The position numbers and the translations under genes are program-made. A DNA stretch of 64,000 nt from Macrostomum lignano (lineage: Eukaryota), in NCBI GenBank assembly GCA_002269645.1, contig NIVC01000160.1, forward strand, positions 1-64,000, read 5' to 3'. This document shows, one piece after another, positions 53,395 through 64,000 of the stretch. Position 1 is the first letter of the stretch; each line of letters opens with the position of its first letter. The notes under the pieces were generated by a model. It was not told the DNA's origin and ran no database searches. It saw only the letters and a list, made by a program, of their open reading frames with translations.

Positions 53395-54725
53395 TCTATG
53401 GTTTCCCAAGTTCAAGGTCATCGATCTTCAAGGTCATTTCTTGTAGGGTCACTGGATTTTATGGTCCCCCAAGTTCAAGGTCATAGGTCCTTAAGGTCAG
53501 TTTTTATAGAATCACTGTATTCTATGATTCCCCAAGTTCAAGGTCATAGATCGGCAAGGTCATTTCTTGTAGAATCACTGTATTCTATGGTCCCCCAAGT
53601 TCAAGGTCATAGGTCTTCGAGGTCATTTCTTGTAGGGTCACTGGATTCTATGGTTCCTCAAGTTCAAGGTCATAAGTCCTCAAGGTCATTTCTTGTAGGG
53701 TCACTAGATTATTTGGTTCCCCAAGCTCAAGGTCATAGGTCCTCAAGGTCATTTCTTGTAGGGTAACTAGATTATTTGGTTCCCCATCCCAAGTTCAAGG
53801 TCATAGGTCCTCAAGGTCATTTCTTGTTGAATCACTGTATTCTACGGTTCCCCAAGCTCAAGGTCATAGGTCCTTAAGGTCATTTCTTATAGAATCACTG
53901 TGATCGAGTGATCGAATCACTGTATTCTATGATTCCCCAAGTTCAAGGTCATCGATCTTCAAGGTCATTTCTTGTAGGGTCACTGGATTTTATGGTCCCC
54001 TAAGTTCAAGGTCATAGGTCCTTAAGGTCATTTCTTATAGAATCACTGTATTCTATGATTCCCCAAGTTCAAGGTCATATATCGGCAAGGTCATTTCTTG
54101 TAGAATCACTGTATTCTTTGGTCCCTTAAGTTCAAGGTCATAGGTCCTCAAGGTCATTTCTTATAGAATCACTGCATTCTATGATTCCCCAAGTTCAAGG
54201 TCGTAGATCGGCAAGGTCATTTCTTGTAGAATCACTGTATTCTATGGTCCCCCAAGCTGAAGGTCATAGGTCCTTAAGGTCATTTCTTATAGAATCACTG
54301 TATTCTATGATTCCCCAAGTTCAAGGTCATAGATCGGCAAGGTCATTTCTTGTAGAATCACTGTATTCTATGGTCCCCCAAGCTCAAGGTCATAGGTCCT
54401 CAAGGTCATTTCTTGTAGAATCACTGTATTCTATTATTCCCCAAGTTCAAGGTCATAGATCGGCAAGGTCATTTCTTGTAGAATCACTGTATTCTATGGT
54501 TCCTCAAGTTCAAGGTCATAGATCGGCAAGGTCATTTCTTGTAGAATCACTGTATTCTATGGTCCCCCAAGCTCAAGGTCATAGATCGGCAAGGTCATTT
54601 CTTGTAGAATCACTGTATTCTATGATTCCCCAAGTTCAAGGTCATAGATCGGCAAGGTCATTTCTTGTAGAATCACTGTATTCTATGGTCCCCAAGGTCA
54701 TAGATTCAAGATCACTAGGTCCTCA
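53395..54725. repeat. 63-bp minisatellite CCCCAAGTTCAAGGTCATAGATCGGCAAGGTCATTTCTTGTAGAATCACTGTATTCTATGGT-type
   Basis: Direct; source of the 21-aa repeat ORFs at 53272 and 54181. Confidence 0.94.
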
Positions 54726-55249
54726 AAGTCATATTTTCCATGTCGGTGCAGTTAAGTCAGAATTTTAATATCGCCGACAACTTAAGTTGGTGGCTTCATG
54801 CATCATCAGATTTTACTTTGGAAAACTGATTTTCTCTCTAACCCATGTGTTGCTAGGGCAGTACAGCTCTGCCTTTGTGGGCAATTCTCAAGTAGCAAAT
54901 TCTGTTATTTCAGTCATTAAGCTAACAACTCTCTGCAAGCGTGTTGAGATGATGAAGTTTTTTTCAAGTAGCAATTTGAGTGAGTAGTCAGTGCAGTGCA
55001 GGCAGAGTGGAAAATTGGCTTGCATTATGAGTAGCAGTGTACTGGTTTATTGCTACCGGGTCACTGTTACTGGTCTTGCAGGTGCTGGGTTAGTTCAATA
55101 AGTTTCCCAAGGCTATTTTGTGACCAGATTGAGAAGGCTTAAATTTGCCTTGTAAACTTTACTACATTTATTGTGCCGTTATAAAATTTTCTGAGGATAG
55201 TTTTGAGAGAATAAACGAAATCCTATTGAAATCCCAATAGCTAATTCTA

Positions 55250-55420
55250 GTCCCATCCAGATCCCAAATTCTGAATGTCTCATTATCCTATTTAGATCCA
55301 AATTCTGAATGTCTCATGATCCCATTTAGATCCAACTTCTAAATGTCTACTGATCCCATTTAGATCCTAATTCTGAATGTCTCATGATCCCATTTAGATC
55401 CCAATTCTAAATGTCTCATG
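55250..55420. repeat. Short ~35-bp tandem repeat GATCCCATTTAGATCC.AATTCTGAATGTCTCAT (4-5 copies)
   Basis: Direct. Confidence 0.85.
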
Positions 55421-57167
55421 ATCTCTGTAGTCAATGTAGTCAAAAGTACAACAAAGCTCGTATAGAAGTACATTGACGATAGCCAAACTATTAACCATAT
55501 AGGCAAGCATCCGAAGGCATCAATTGTTTAAATTCACCTCGGGCGCATGCATGCAGGATGGTTCACTCAGGTAGCAAGTGAGTGAGTGAGTGAGCGAGTG
55601 AAGGTGAGAGCGGGAGAAGCGTGAAATGGGAATTTCAGTTGCGTGTTTTCCGAACAGGGGTGGGCGAAGCAAAGCGCCAGTTCAACAACAATAGCTGCTG
55701 CTACTCAACTCACGGATCCATCTATGGCTCCTCGTCATGCATGAAGTATTAATATAGATAGAGTTGGCAAACACTCAGCCGTTCCTATATGCTGGAAAAC
55801 CGCCTTTGTGCGTTCAGTAAGTAGCCGGGTCGATGTGTGGGGATAAGGCAACGCAGGACATACAAGCAGCATTGTTACTGACTTGCCTATTGCCACTGGG
55901 TTCTTCTCTAGTGGCATGTTAATCAACTGCATCTCTGGAGGCTGCGCGGGACACCAGAAATGTCGGCGCTCCATTTTCTAACAGAAAGAAAAGCCAGACC
56001 AGGTGCTTGAACTTCTCAAACTTGAAAAAACTCTGCCCTACCCCCTACCCCGGGAACTTTGAGTCGTGTTTCTGCATGGCATGCAAAAGTCTGAGTTATT
56101 ATTCAGCTAGAGGTTCCGGAGTGTTTCTTGAACCTGAACCTCTCCGATTGTTGAACTTCCTGACTCCTTTGGATGATAATGTGGAGATTGGGATTGCGCG
56201 GTGCCTTCGTGATGGATCTTTCTTCTGCCGGGGCCAATTTGAGGCTTTGCGCATTTTGAAAATTTTTTCCTAATTGTTCAATTATAGTGCAGAAATTCTG
56301 GCAAGCACAAATGAGTGCTTTTAGAATATAAAATTTTCCCCATAGTTTTTTGCGTTTTCTTTGATAAAGGATGAATTATGTAGGTAAATTCCTTATAATC
56401 CTTACTCAGAGCTGTCTACTTGCAGTAGAATAATTTGCATATTTTTCATTTCTCTTCCATTTCTCTCATCGTAATTCACTATCTGCATGCAATGCTTGAT
56501 CTACAGAACAACGAATTGACCAACGTAGGTTTAAAATTGCAGGCAGTTCTTTCTGATTTCACTCATTACCTCTCCCGCTAGTATTTATAATCTTTGCCGC
56601 GCTCAATAAGTTATGAGTATGTCAATAACTCTGAATAAAATGGTGAGCTCAATGTTGACTTTAGCCTTGCTCTGCTGCTATAAATACGCGCCGGGCCGGC
56701 CAGAGATTGACTCTTTCGCCATTTTGTCTGGCAAAAATGCCATCGAATAGAAATGTCTCCCCCCCAATGCGCTCTCTTGACCTGAGCAATCCCAGTTATT
56801 ACCTATCCAAGTTTATAGTTACCTATGCGGGCTTACCTTGGGAACGCGGAGTTTTAAGTACTGCCAAAGCCTCCACTATAAGAGCTCGGACGCCAGTTGC
56901 CTCAGCTCTGTATCGTCCGTAGCAATCTGCCCCGTGCACCAGAAGACAAGTTACACAAAATTAGCATAATTCAAGCTTAGTCATAGCTATCTTTGACTTA
57001 GAGATAAGATATGCGATTACATATAAGTACAATGCGACTGGCTCAGCCTTGACTCTTGTTCGTCAGTGTTAAAGAATTCGCAGTTGAACACACTGAAATC
57101 CAAAGTTACTGGAGCAAATTGCAATAGGTTCCATTTCTTTGCCCCATCGAGAGATGTCGTAGGTGCA

Positions 57168-57228
57168 ATGCTGGATTTATTGGCAAAGAATGGCAGATAT
57201 TATGCTAGAGGACAACCCATTCCGGAAG
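57168..57228 (+). CDS. Candidate alternative first coding exon C (MLDLLAKNGRYYARGQPIPE|D)
   Basis: ATG preceded by a TAG| acceptor, strong donor AAG|GTAAGC, phase 1; no homology support. Confidence 0.4.
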
Positions 57229-57502
57229 GTAAGCTGCTCAAACAGGAAGGTTTTGAGATTGGCGCAATGCAAGTACACAGTGGGTTATTGAAGATTGTAC
57301 AGCGAAACTGCTCTGAGTCGTCTCATGGCTCAGCTATACGAGCTGTTTAGGTTAAATTATTAATTAGGACCTGGCTCCTAGCTCCAATGCCACCGCGATA
57401 AAATACGCTAGAAGAGGGTGTGTAGATACAAAATTTCTAATTTAAACTTGGTTTGAGTATAGAGAAAGACCCTCGTGCCTCAGAGGCTGAGGACTCAAAG
57501 GC

Positions 57503-58046
57503 ATGGCTACTCAAGAGCCCGACCCGGATGACGTCAACTTTCCGGCTTTCTACGAAATCAACGACCGAATTTCGCAACCTGAGGAGGAGAATGAGCTGCT
57601 ATTGTTGCCGATCAACGAGTTGAGTGACAGCTTGGTGTTGCACCGGGCCAGGTGGCTTGAGGCGTTCAGTACTACAGAGGTTACAGAGGCTGCTGATTTT
57701 GAACATCCTGACAATATCGATGGCCAAGAAGTGTCATCGAGCCGTCCTAGACTAGGCGCGCTCAAGGTGAAGTACAATCCAATCTACCAGTCCGAGGATG
57801 TGCCCGAGGGTTCCTTGATCCCGTGGCAATTCAAGTCTCATTTGTCGAATTCCACCAGAAAGCAATCCAGCAATTCCTTAGTAAGGCAGCAGGTAGACAC
57901 TGCCGAGGAAACATCCTTGATAGAGCCAAGAAGCCGCCGTCAGGTTAGCTGGCCTTCGCCGCGCGATGTTTTGAATCGGGCGGGCCTGCCGGAGGAGCCG
58001 CAGGACATCACAGATTTAATGGATGCCGCCATCGTTATTTATCGAT
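57503..58046 (+). CDS. Candidate long alternative first coding exon D (181 aa, MATQEPD...AIVIYR|Y); unspliced ORF continues to the stop at 58105
   Basis: 200-codon non-repetitive GC-rich ORF, upstream in-frame stop, donor GAT|GTGAGA in phase 1 (same hexamer as the C2CD5 exon 3 donor). Confidence 0.55.
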
Positions 58047-59215
58047 GTGAGAGCTCAATAGAGGAACTTCGTTTAGATTGTAAACATATTGAGCGCATAT
58101 CTTAGTATGGATGGATCTATTGGCTAACGGAGTCCGGTGCTATAGGTATGGGAACCCAGTACGGTGCAACATGTACGGAAACTCACTCAGTACAGTGCTA
58201 CGCCGTCTAGCTGTACATTACGGGAGTTCGTTGCTGGTGTGGTGAAGATTAGATAAAATAGTTAAGCTGCTGTTAAACAAGCGGAATTTTTATTTACTGA
58301 ATTTCTAACCGTTTCATAGAACAGGCAGATGACAGGTAAAAATTATATTTTGTATTATTCCATTTCACTAAGACTCAAGATGTGAAAATCTGTTTCTCAG
58401 GAAATAAGCAAGATTTTATTTAGTAAAATAAGCAAATGCCACGGTGTTTATTAATGCTAATTGTGTGCTATCCACAACTGTAGAAAATACAAACGAAAGC
58501 TGCGCTGTGCTATACAGGTGTCCCTGGACTGGACTCACCCTGTGTGCGCACCCACGCACGGCAAGGGTGTGTGTGCAGCTTGTGTGTGTACCTGCCCCAG
58601 TTACTACCTCAGTACTCTTCTCTACCTTTACCGAGCTCAAATCTAATTGGGCGACAGACGGGAAAGTTATAAGAACAATAATAATAGTAATAAACTATTG
58701 AGTACTTCGTTGCGCTACTGTGCTCAAAGCTATGTAGTTCGTACAAAGCTACTCGTGGTTGGTAGCCTCTGGTAGGTCAGCGAATTCAATGTCGAACTTT
58801 GTTATTTCGGCCGCTCACTTTGAAGACCGTTTCTTTCCATCCTATTATTTGGTTTGAAATAATAAAGACGAACGCTTGGGCAGAGAGGTTTGAGAACTCG
58901 CTCGGTGGCAGGTAGTTTTTCTTACCTGCTGTGTACAGCGAGCGGCGGGTCAGTGGATCAGTTTTGAGACCTGTTTAAAAACTGTGGAAAACAGCTTCTC
59001 ATAGGGTGGCAGTCTGAGACTGAGAGCAGAGTCAACACTCATAAATTTATAAAGATTAGAATAAACGTAAATCAGATCCTAACAGGTGTGTTGCTCCTCA
59101 GTCAAACGCTGACTCGAGGGGTCAGTGCGTGCATCTTCCTGAACCCCCTACCAATTTCCCAGTATTAATTTAGACTTTCATCTTTCTACAAAAAGCACCT
59201 GCGTCATTTTAAAAA

Positions 59216-59261
59216 ATGCAACGTCGCCAGAGTTTCATGAGCAATGTGAAAAACCTGCGAG
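59216..59261 (+). CDS. Candidate alternative first coding exon E (MQRRQSFMSNVKNLR|D)
   Basis: ATG, donor GAG|GTAAAA, phase 1; gives [14 protein letters not shown], matching the LQDEQE context of nesprins. Confidence 0.6.
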
Positions 59262-60060
59262 GTAAAAGCGGCCTTTCTAACTCTGATTCAGTGATACTTT
59301 TTCCGGATTTTGAACCCTTCCGCTACTTTAAAAATAGATCTTACATCCGCGCAAGGGTCAATTGCTACCGCAAACGCAATAGTTATTGCCAGGGGGAACT
59401 TGTATCCCCAACCCTAAAGAGCGTGTGCACCTTCACAGGAAATGTACGCAGAACCAAAGCCATGCAAGCTATAGGGGAAGATTCCACAGTAGGTGTTTTC
59501 TTCCCCAGGTTGCAGAAGACCCGACCTGCTTCCCCCCTAAACCCGCTGAAGCTGCTGTCCCCATCTGCTATTCGGGATGCTGCATTGAAAGTCAGCCAGC
59601 CTTGTTGCTAGGGGGGGGGGCGGTTCTCTGCGCATCTGCGCGCACGTTTGGCAAAAGAGAAAAAAATATTGCCTGGTACAGCGAAGGAATCCTGCGGGTT
59701 AGGCTGGGTTATAAATGGAACCGAGGGGAAGAGCGGGGAGAGGTCCATAGCCTGCCTTGACCTTGGCTTCTTCAGCAGCCCCGCATTATTGAAGCCAGTC
59801 TTCCAGTCCCGGCTTCATCATTAGCGTGGCCGCTTTATTGACTTGGTCTGGCGAGTTCTGCATTGACTGAGTCACTGGCTATGGCACAATTGGGCAGATT
59901 TCTTATATATTAGAACAAAGACTTTGAACGGAAGCTCGGCCATACAGTGTAGAATTTCTGGCGGAAGCTTCAATTATGAAGCGGTTCCGAAAGCGACTGA
60001 CGGCTTCCCTTCGAGCGTTTGATGCCGCACTGACTTTAACTCCTCACTCAACTCGCGCAG

Positions 60061-62888
60061 ATGAGCAGGAGCGAGTCCAGAAGAAGACCTTCACCAACTG
60101 GATCAACACCTACCTCATCCAGTGCCAGCCGCCCTGCAAGATTGCCGACTTGTTCCCCGAGGTCAAGGACGGCATCAAGCTGCTGCTGCTGCTGGAGGTG
60201 CTGTCTGGCCAGAAGCTGCCGCACGAGTCGAGAAAAGTCATGCAGCGAGTGCACTGCCTCAGCAATGTTCGAACTGCGCTCAGCTTTCTCGAGAGCAAAA
60301 AGGTGAGCCCTACTCATCAGATGTATGTTTTTTGGGCTGTATTAATTAATATTGAGTTGAGTCTTCTGGTTGAACTTAGATGTACTAGAAATTACTAATA
60401 CTTTTTACTCCCGCCATGCACTTTTGACGCATTTTGTGAGGATTCTGTAGTCTGAAAAGAAAACCTACATACCTACCTACCTACCTACCTACTTACCTAC
60501 CTACCTATCTACCTACCTACCTACCTGGCTACCTACGTACCTACTTACCTACCTAACTACCTACTTACCTACCTACCTACCTATCTACCTACCTACCTAC
60601 CTACCTACTTACCTACCTACCTACCTAACTACCTGCCTACCTACCTACCTACCTACTTACCTACCTACCTGGCTACCTACGTACCTACTTACCTACCTAA
60701 CTACCTACTTACCTACCTACCTACCTATCTACCTACCTACCTACCTACCTACTTACCTACCTACCTACCTAACTACCTGCCTACCTACCTACCTACTTAC
60801 TTACCTACCTACCTACCTACCTACCTATCTACCTACCTACCTAACTACCTGCTTACCTACCTACCTACCTACCTACTTACTTACCTACCTACCTACCTAC
60901 CTATCTACCTACCTACCTACTTACTTACCTGCCTGCCTACCTACCTACCTACTTACCTACCTACCTACCAACTACCTACCTACCTACCTATCTACCTACC
61001 TACCTAACTGCCTGCCTACCTACCTACCTACTTACCTACCTACCTACCAACTACCTACTTACCTACCTATCTATTTTCCTACCTACCTGCCTACTTACCT
61101 ACCTACTTACCTACCTACCTACCTACCTACCTACCTACATACCTACTTACCTACCTACCTACCTACCTACCAAAATTGTACTTTTGAAAAAAAAATGAAA
61201 AGGAAATCACTGGAAAGTTTACAAAAAACAGATCTGCATTTTGCTCCTAACGTTTCCTGTCGCTGAGCTGTACTATAATAAATTTTCTACTCAAACTGCG
61301 AACTGAGCCCAGTTTAAACCGCATCAACTGACTCGAGAACTAGATATCAGATTACCCCTGAAGAGGCAGGGTCTCGGCAAAAGTTAATTAACAATTTTTC
61401 TCGGCACAAACGTCTCTGCTGTTATTTTTGTTAGTTTGAAGCCACTTTGCGCTTCCGCTGGCATCGGGCTGGCCTCTACAGCCTCTCAAACACACCTCGG
61501 CTCGCTTCTTCATCGGCACGAAGAAGAGATTGCTTTCTAAAACAGAGCTGAGAGAGAAAGAGAATGAGACTGAGACCGAGGTCTAGATGGGTGTAACTAT
61601 CTCCGCATCACCTGCTGTGAGAGCCGTGCTGACAGACTCGGAGGCAGAGTTGAAAGAGACAAATTAATAGACCCCTAAGCTCAGGTAGCCAGCACTACCT
61701 GCCTGTCCCGCTCGCCACCCAGTCTCAGGGGGGTTGGCGTAGACTTCCTAGCCCAGTAGCTCAAGTGCAGCTCATAGTAGCGCATAGCTGTCAAACCCAT
61801 ATATAATAAGTTGCAGTTGCCATGGCGACCGTAGGCGCTATAGGCGAGAGAATATGCCATTCTGCCATTCTGTTTGGAGCGACTGCACTGCCGAGTTTTG
61901 TGCGTAGATCGCTCAATGGGTGGCTGTCTGGAGCCGAGTGCCACGTGAGGAATGCGCTTCGCATAGCGGGTTAGCGATGGCCAGTGTGCTCATATTTCTG
62001 GCCACAGGCTCTGGCTGCTGCTGCCTGTCTGCTAGCTAATTGGCTGCCAGAATTCTCTATCTATCTATCTATCTATCTATCTATCATCTATCTACCTACC
62101 TACCTACCTACCTACCTACCTACCTACCTACCTACCTACCTACCTACCTACCTACCTACCTACCTACCTACCTACCTACCTACCCACCTATCTGCTCACG
62201 AGTACCCATAGCTATCATCATATCTAGCGACTACATCTACCTACCTATCTACCTTTCTATCTACATCTACCTGCATATCTGCAGCTAACAATACCAATCT
62301 GTTTTATGCACCTGCATCTATCTACTTAGTGTGCTTGCAATTGCCTATTCTCTTGTCTTCCCGTGTCTATCATTAACCAAGGGTAATTTAATTTCGCCTA
62401 AAAGTTCACTGATCACCCCCCTCTTGAATCTTGATGACTCACTGCTGTGCTGGGTCTGACAAATCTGTGGCGCAGAAGATTTATCTGCGCATTTTTTGGG
62501 TTTCGAAATGAATCGACTTTTTTGCTGTTCACTTAAGCATTCGCCTTGATCGTCGAAAATGCCATGCATTCTTCCGTACCTGTTCTTTCAAAAGTAGTTA
62601 TACCTTTAAATCCCAGGTGTATAAATTCAATACTGCTGCAGAGTCAATATTCATTAAGGCCGACCCACTTTTTCATTTAGTGAAATAATTAGACCAACCG
62701 ATTAACACCCTGGAATAATAATTAAGCCATAAAACTCAGCCCAGGCAGAACTGATAAAGATCGAACCATTTTCACCTGCCGCAGATCAAGCTAGTCAACA
62801 TCAACCCGGCCGACATTGTGGACGGCAAACCTTCCATTGTGCTGGGCCTTATCTGGACAATTATCCTGTACTTCCAGCATTTCCCCAG
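60061..62888 (+). CDS. SYNE1: Nesprin-1/Msp300/ANC-1-like giant spectrin-family protein, N-terminal CH1 actin-binding domain; exons 60061-60302 and 62785-62888; gene continues beyond the window
   Basis: [61 protein letters not shown]|[31 protein letters not shown]. The [15 protein letters not shown] and [18 protein letters not shown] motifs fit nesprin/Msp300 better than plakins ([14 protein letters not shown]). Confidence 0.85.
60466..61171. repeat. (CCTA)n degenerate microsatellite
   Basis: Direct. Confidence 0.97.
61816..61829 (+). promoter_or_regulatory. Near-perfect palindromic RFX X-box GTTGCCATGGCGAC in a nesprin intron
   Basis: One mismatch to the GTTGCCATGGCAAC consensus; identical to the 14-mer at 18683. 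Confidence 0.45.
62055..62275. repeat. (TCTA)n/(CCTA)n compound microsatellite
   Basis: Direct. Confidence 0.95.
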
Positions 62889-63704
62889 GTGAGCAAACTG
62901 GGGTGGCGGCGCTCTTTATTGTAACAGCTGTAATAATTAACCTGTAATTATAGCTAAAATATATAATTGACTAATTGCTTTCGATAAACTATTACCTGAA
63001 CAGCTTGATCAGCCAATCATGGACTTGAGCCAATTGGTAATACAACCTACTCAAATCTGATCATTAATATGTTCTATGAGAATATATTTTACTCTCGATA
63101 AAAACATTTCATTGCTGAACTAATTTTATTTTTCTTTCAGGAATTGGTTGGTTAATTTTATATGCTTCTATACCCCCGTATTCGTATAGGATTGCCCTGG
63201 AATTTGAGGCAAATTTCACCTATCCATGTTTATCCACGAAAACGTAAACTGGAAAAGGTAGAAAGTTGGAAAAAGTTTTAAAAACTGAGGCTGTAGGGTG
63301 TTGGAACCCCGGAGCTATGAAAACCTTGGCAAATGGATAGATAGTGGCTGCTGCAAGTATTGCGTAACAAGTAATTGATTATCTGTCCCTCCCAATGCGA
63401 TTACGTCATCGCTTATTGCACACTGGATGGAGAAAAAGCCACAAATATGTTATTACTCCAGTTTCTGTTGCCAGTAAACTTTTTTGCGTCATTTTTATCC
63501 ACCAGAGTCTTCTGGAGCCTGTTTTTACTCCTTCGTTGATATTATTCTGCATAATAATGAAGACCCACAAAGTTTTCGTTTGCCCTATGACTGACGTCTG
63601 TCTATGCATCCTATGCTATCTGAAGAACATGTTTTTTAAACCTCCGAATGGATTCAGTATTTCTTTTTGTAGCAGTTTTGCGAAGCTTTTTGCGAAGCTG
63701 TTTT

Positions 63705-64000
63705 CCTGCAGTACAGCCTCCCGTCTCTACTCTACAGCTTCCCACCCCTGTACTACAGCCTTCCCATACCTACTCTAAGGCCTTCCTATCCCTACACAAC
63801 AGCCTTCCCAACCCTACACTATAGCCTTCACATCCCTACTCTACAGCCTTCCTATCCCTATTCTAAAGCCTTCCCATGCCTGCAATACAGCCTTCCTATC
63901 CCTACTCTACAGCCTTCCTTTCCCTACACTACAGCCTTCCTATCCCTACTCTACAGCCTTCCTTTCCCTACACTACAGCCTTCCTATCCCTACACTACAG
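63705..64000. repeat. 22-bp minisatellite CAGCCTTCCTATCCCTACTCTA (runs off the window end)
   Basis: Direct. Confidence 0.93.

Noticed and set aside
55558-55570. Tiny ATG-GTT-CAC-TCA-G|GTAGCA as another phase-1 first exon
   Set aside because: Only four codons and a weak donor; indistinguishable from chance

Overview
Eukaryotic (metazoan invertebrate) genomic DNA with GC-rich exons and introns/intergenic spaces filled by many unrelated minisatellites. The style suggests a free-living flatworm such as Macrostomum (inference only). Six protein-coding loci can be assembled by hand from homology and GT/GC-AG junctions: (1) an intronless M13/neprilysin-like gene on the minus strand with a single-base frameshift and a lost zinc-ligand Glu; (2) a RERG/RASL-like small GTPase (4 coding exons); (3) tektin-3 (6 exons) with RFX X-boxes; (4) C2CD5 (8 exons, one GC-AG intron); (5) a Morgue-type zinc finger/F-box/E2-variant gene with Cys->Gly at the E2 active site (3 exons); (6) the 5' part of a nesprin-1/Msp300-like CH-domain gene that appears to have a battery of alternative phase-1 first exons. 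Mobile DNA includes two copies of a tRNA-derived CORE-like SINE (one has its A-box head expanded into a 2.5 kb minisatellite), two inverted copies of a CACAG-ended MITE, and hAT-like MITEs. Most ORF-track entries are translations of tandem repeats or antisense shadows. No CRISPR, rRNA or intact tRNA gene is supported. All calls are by eye, with no database searches.
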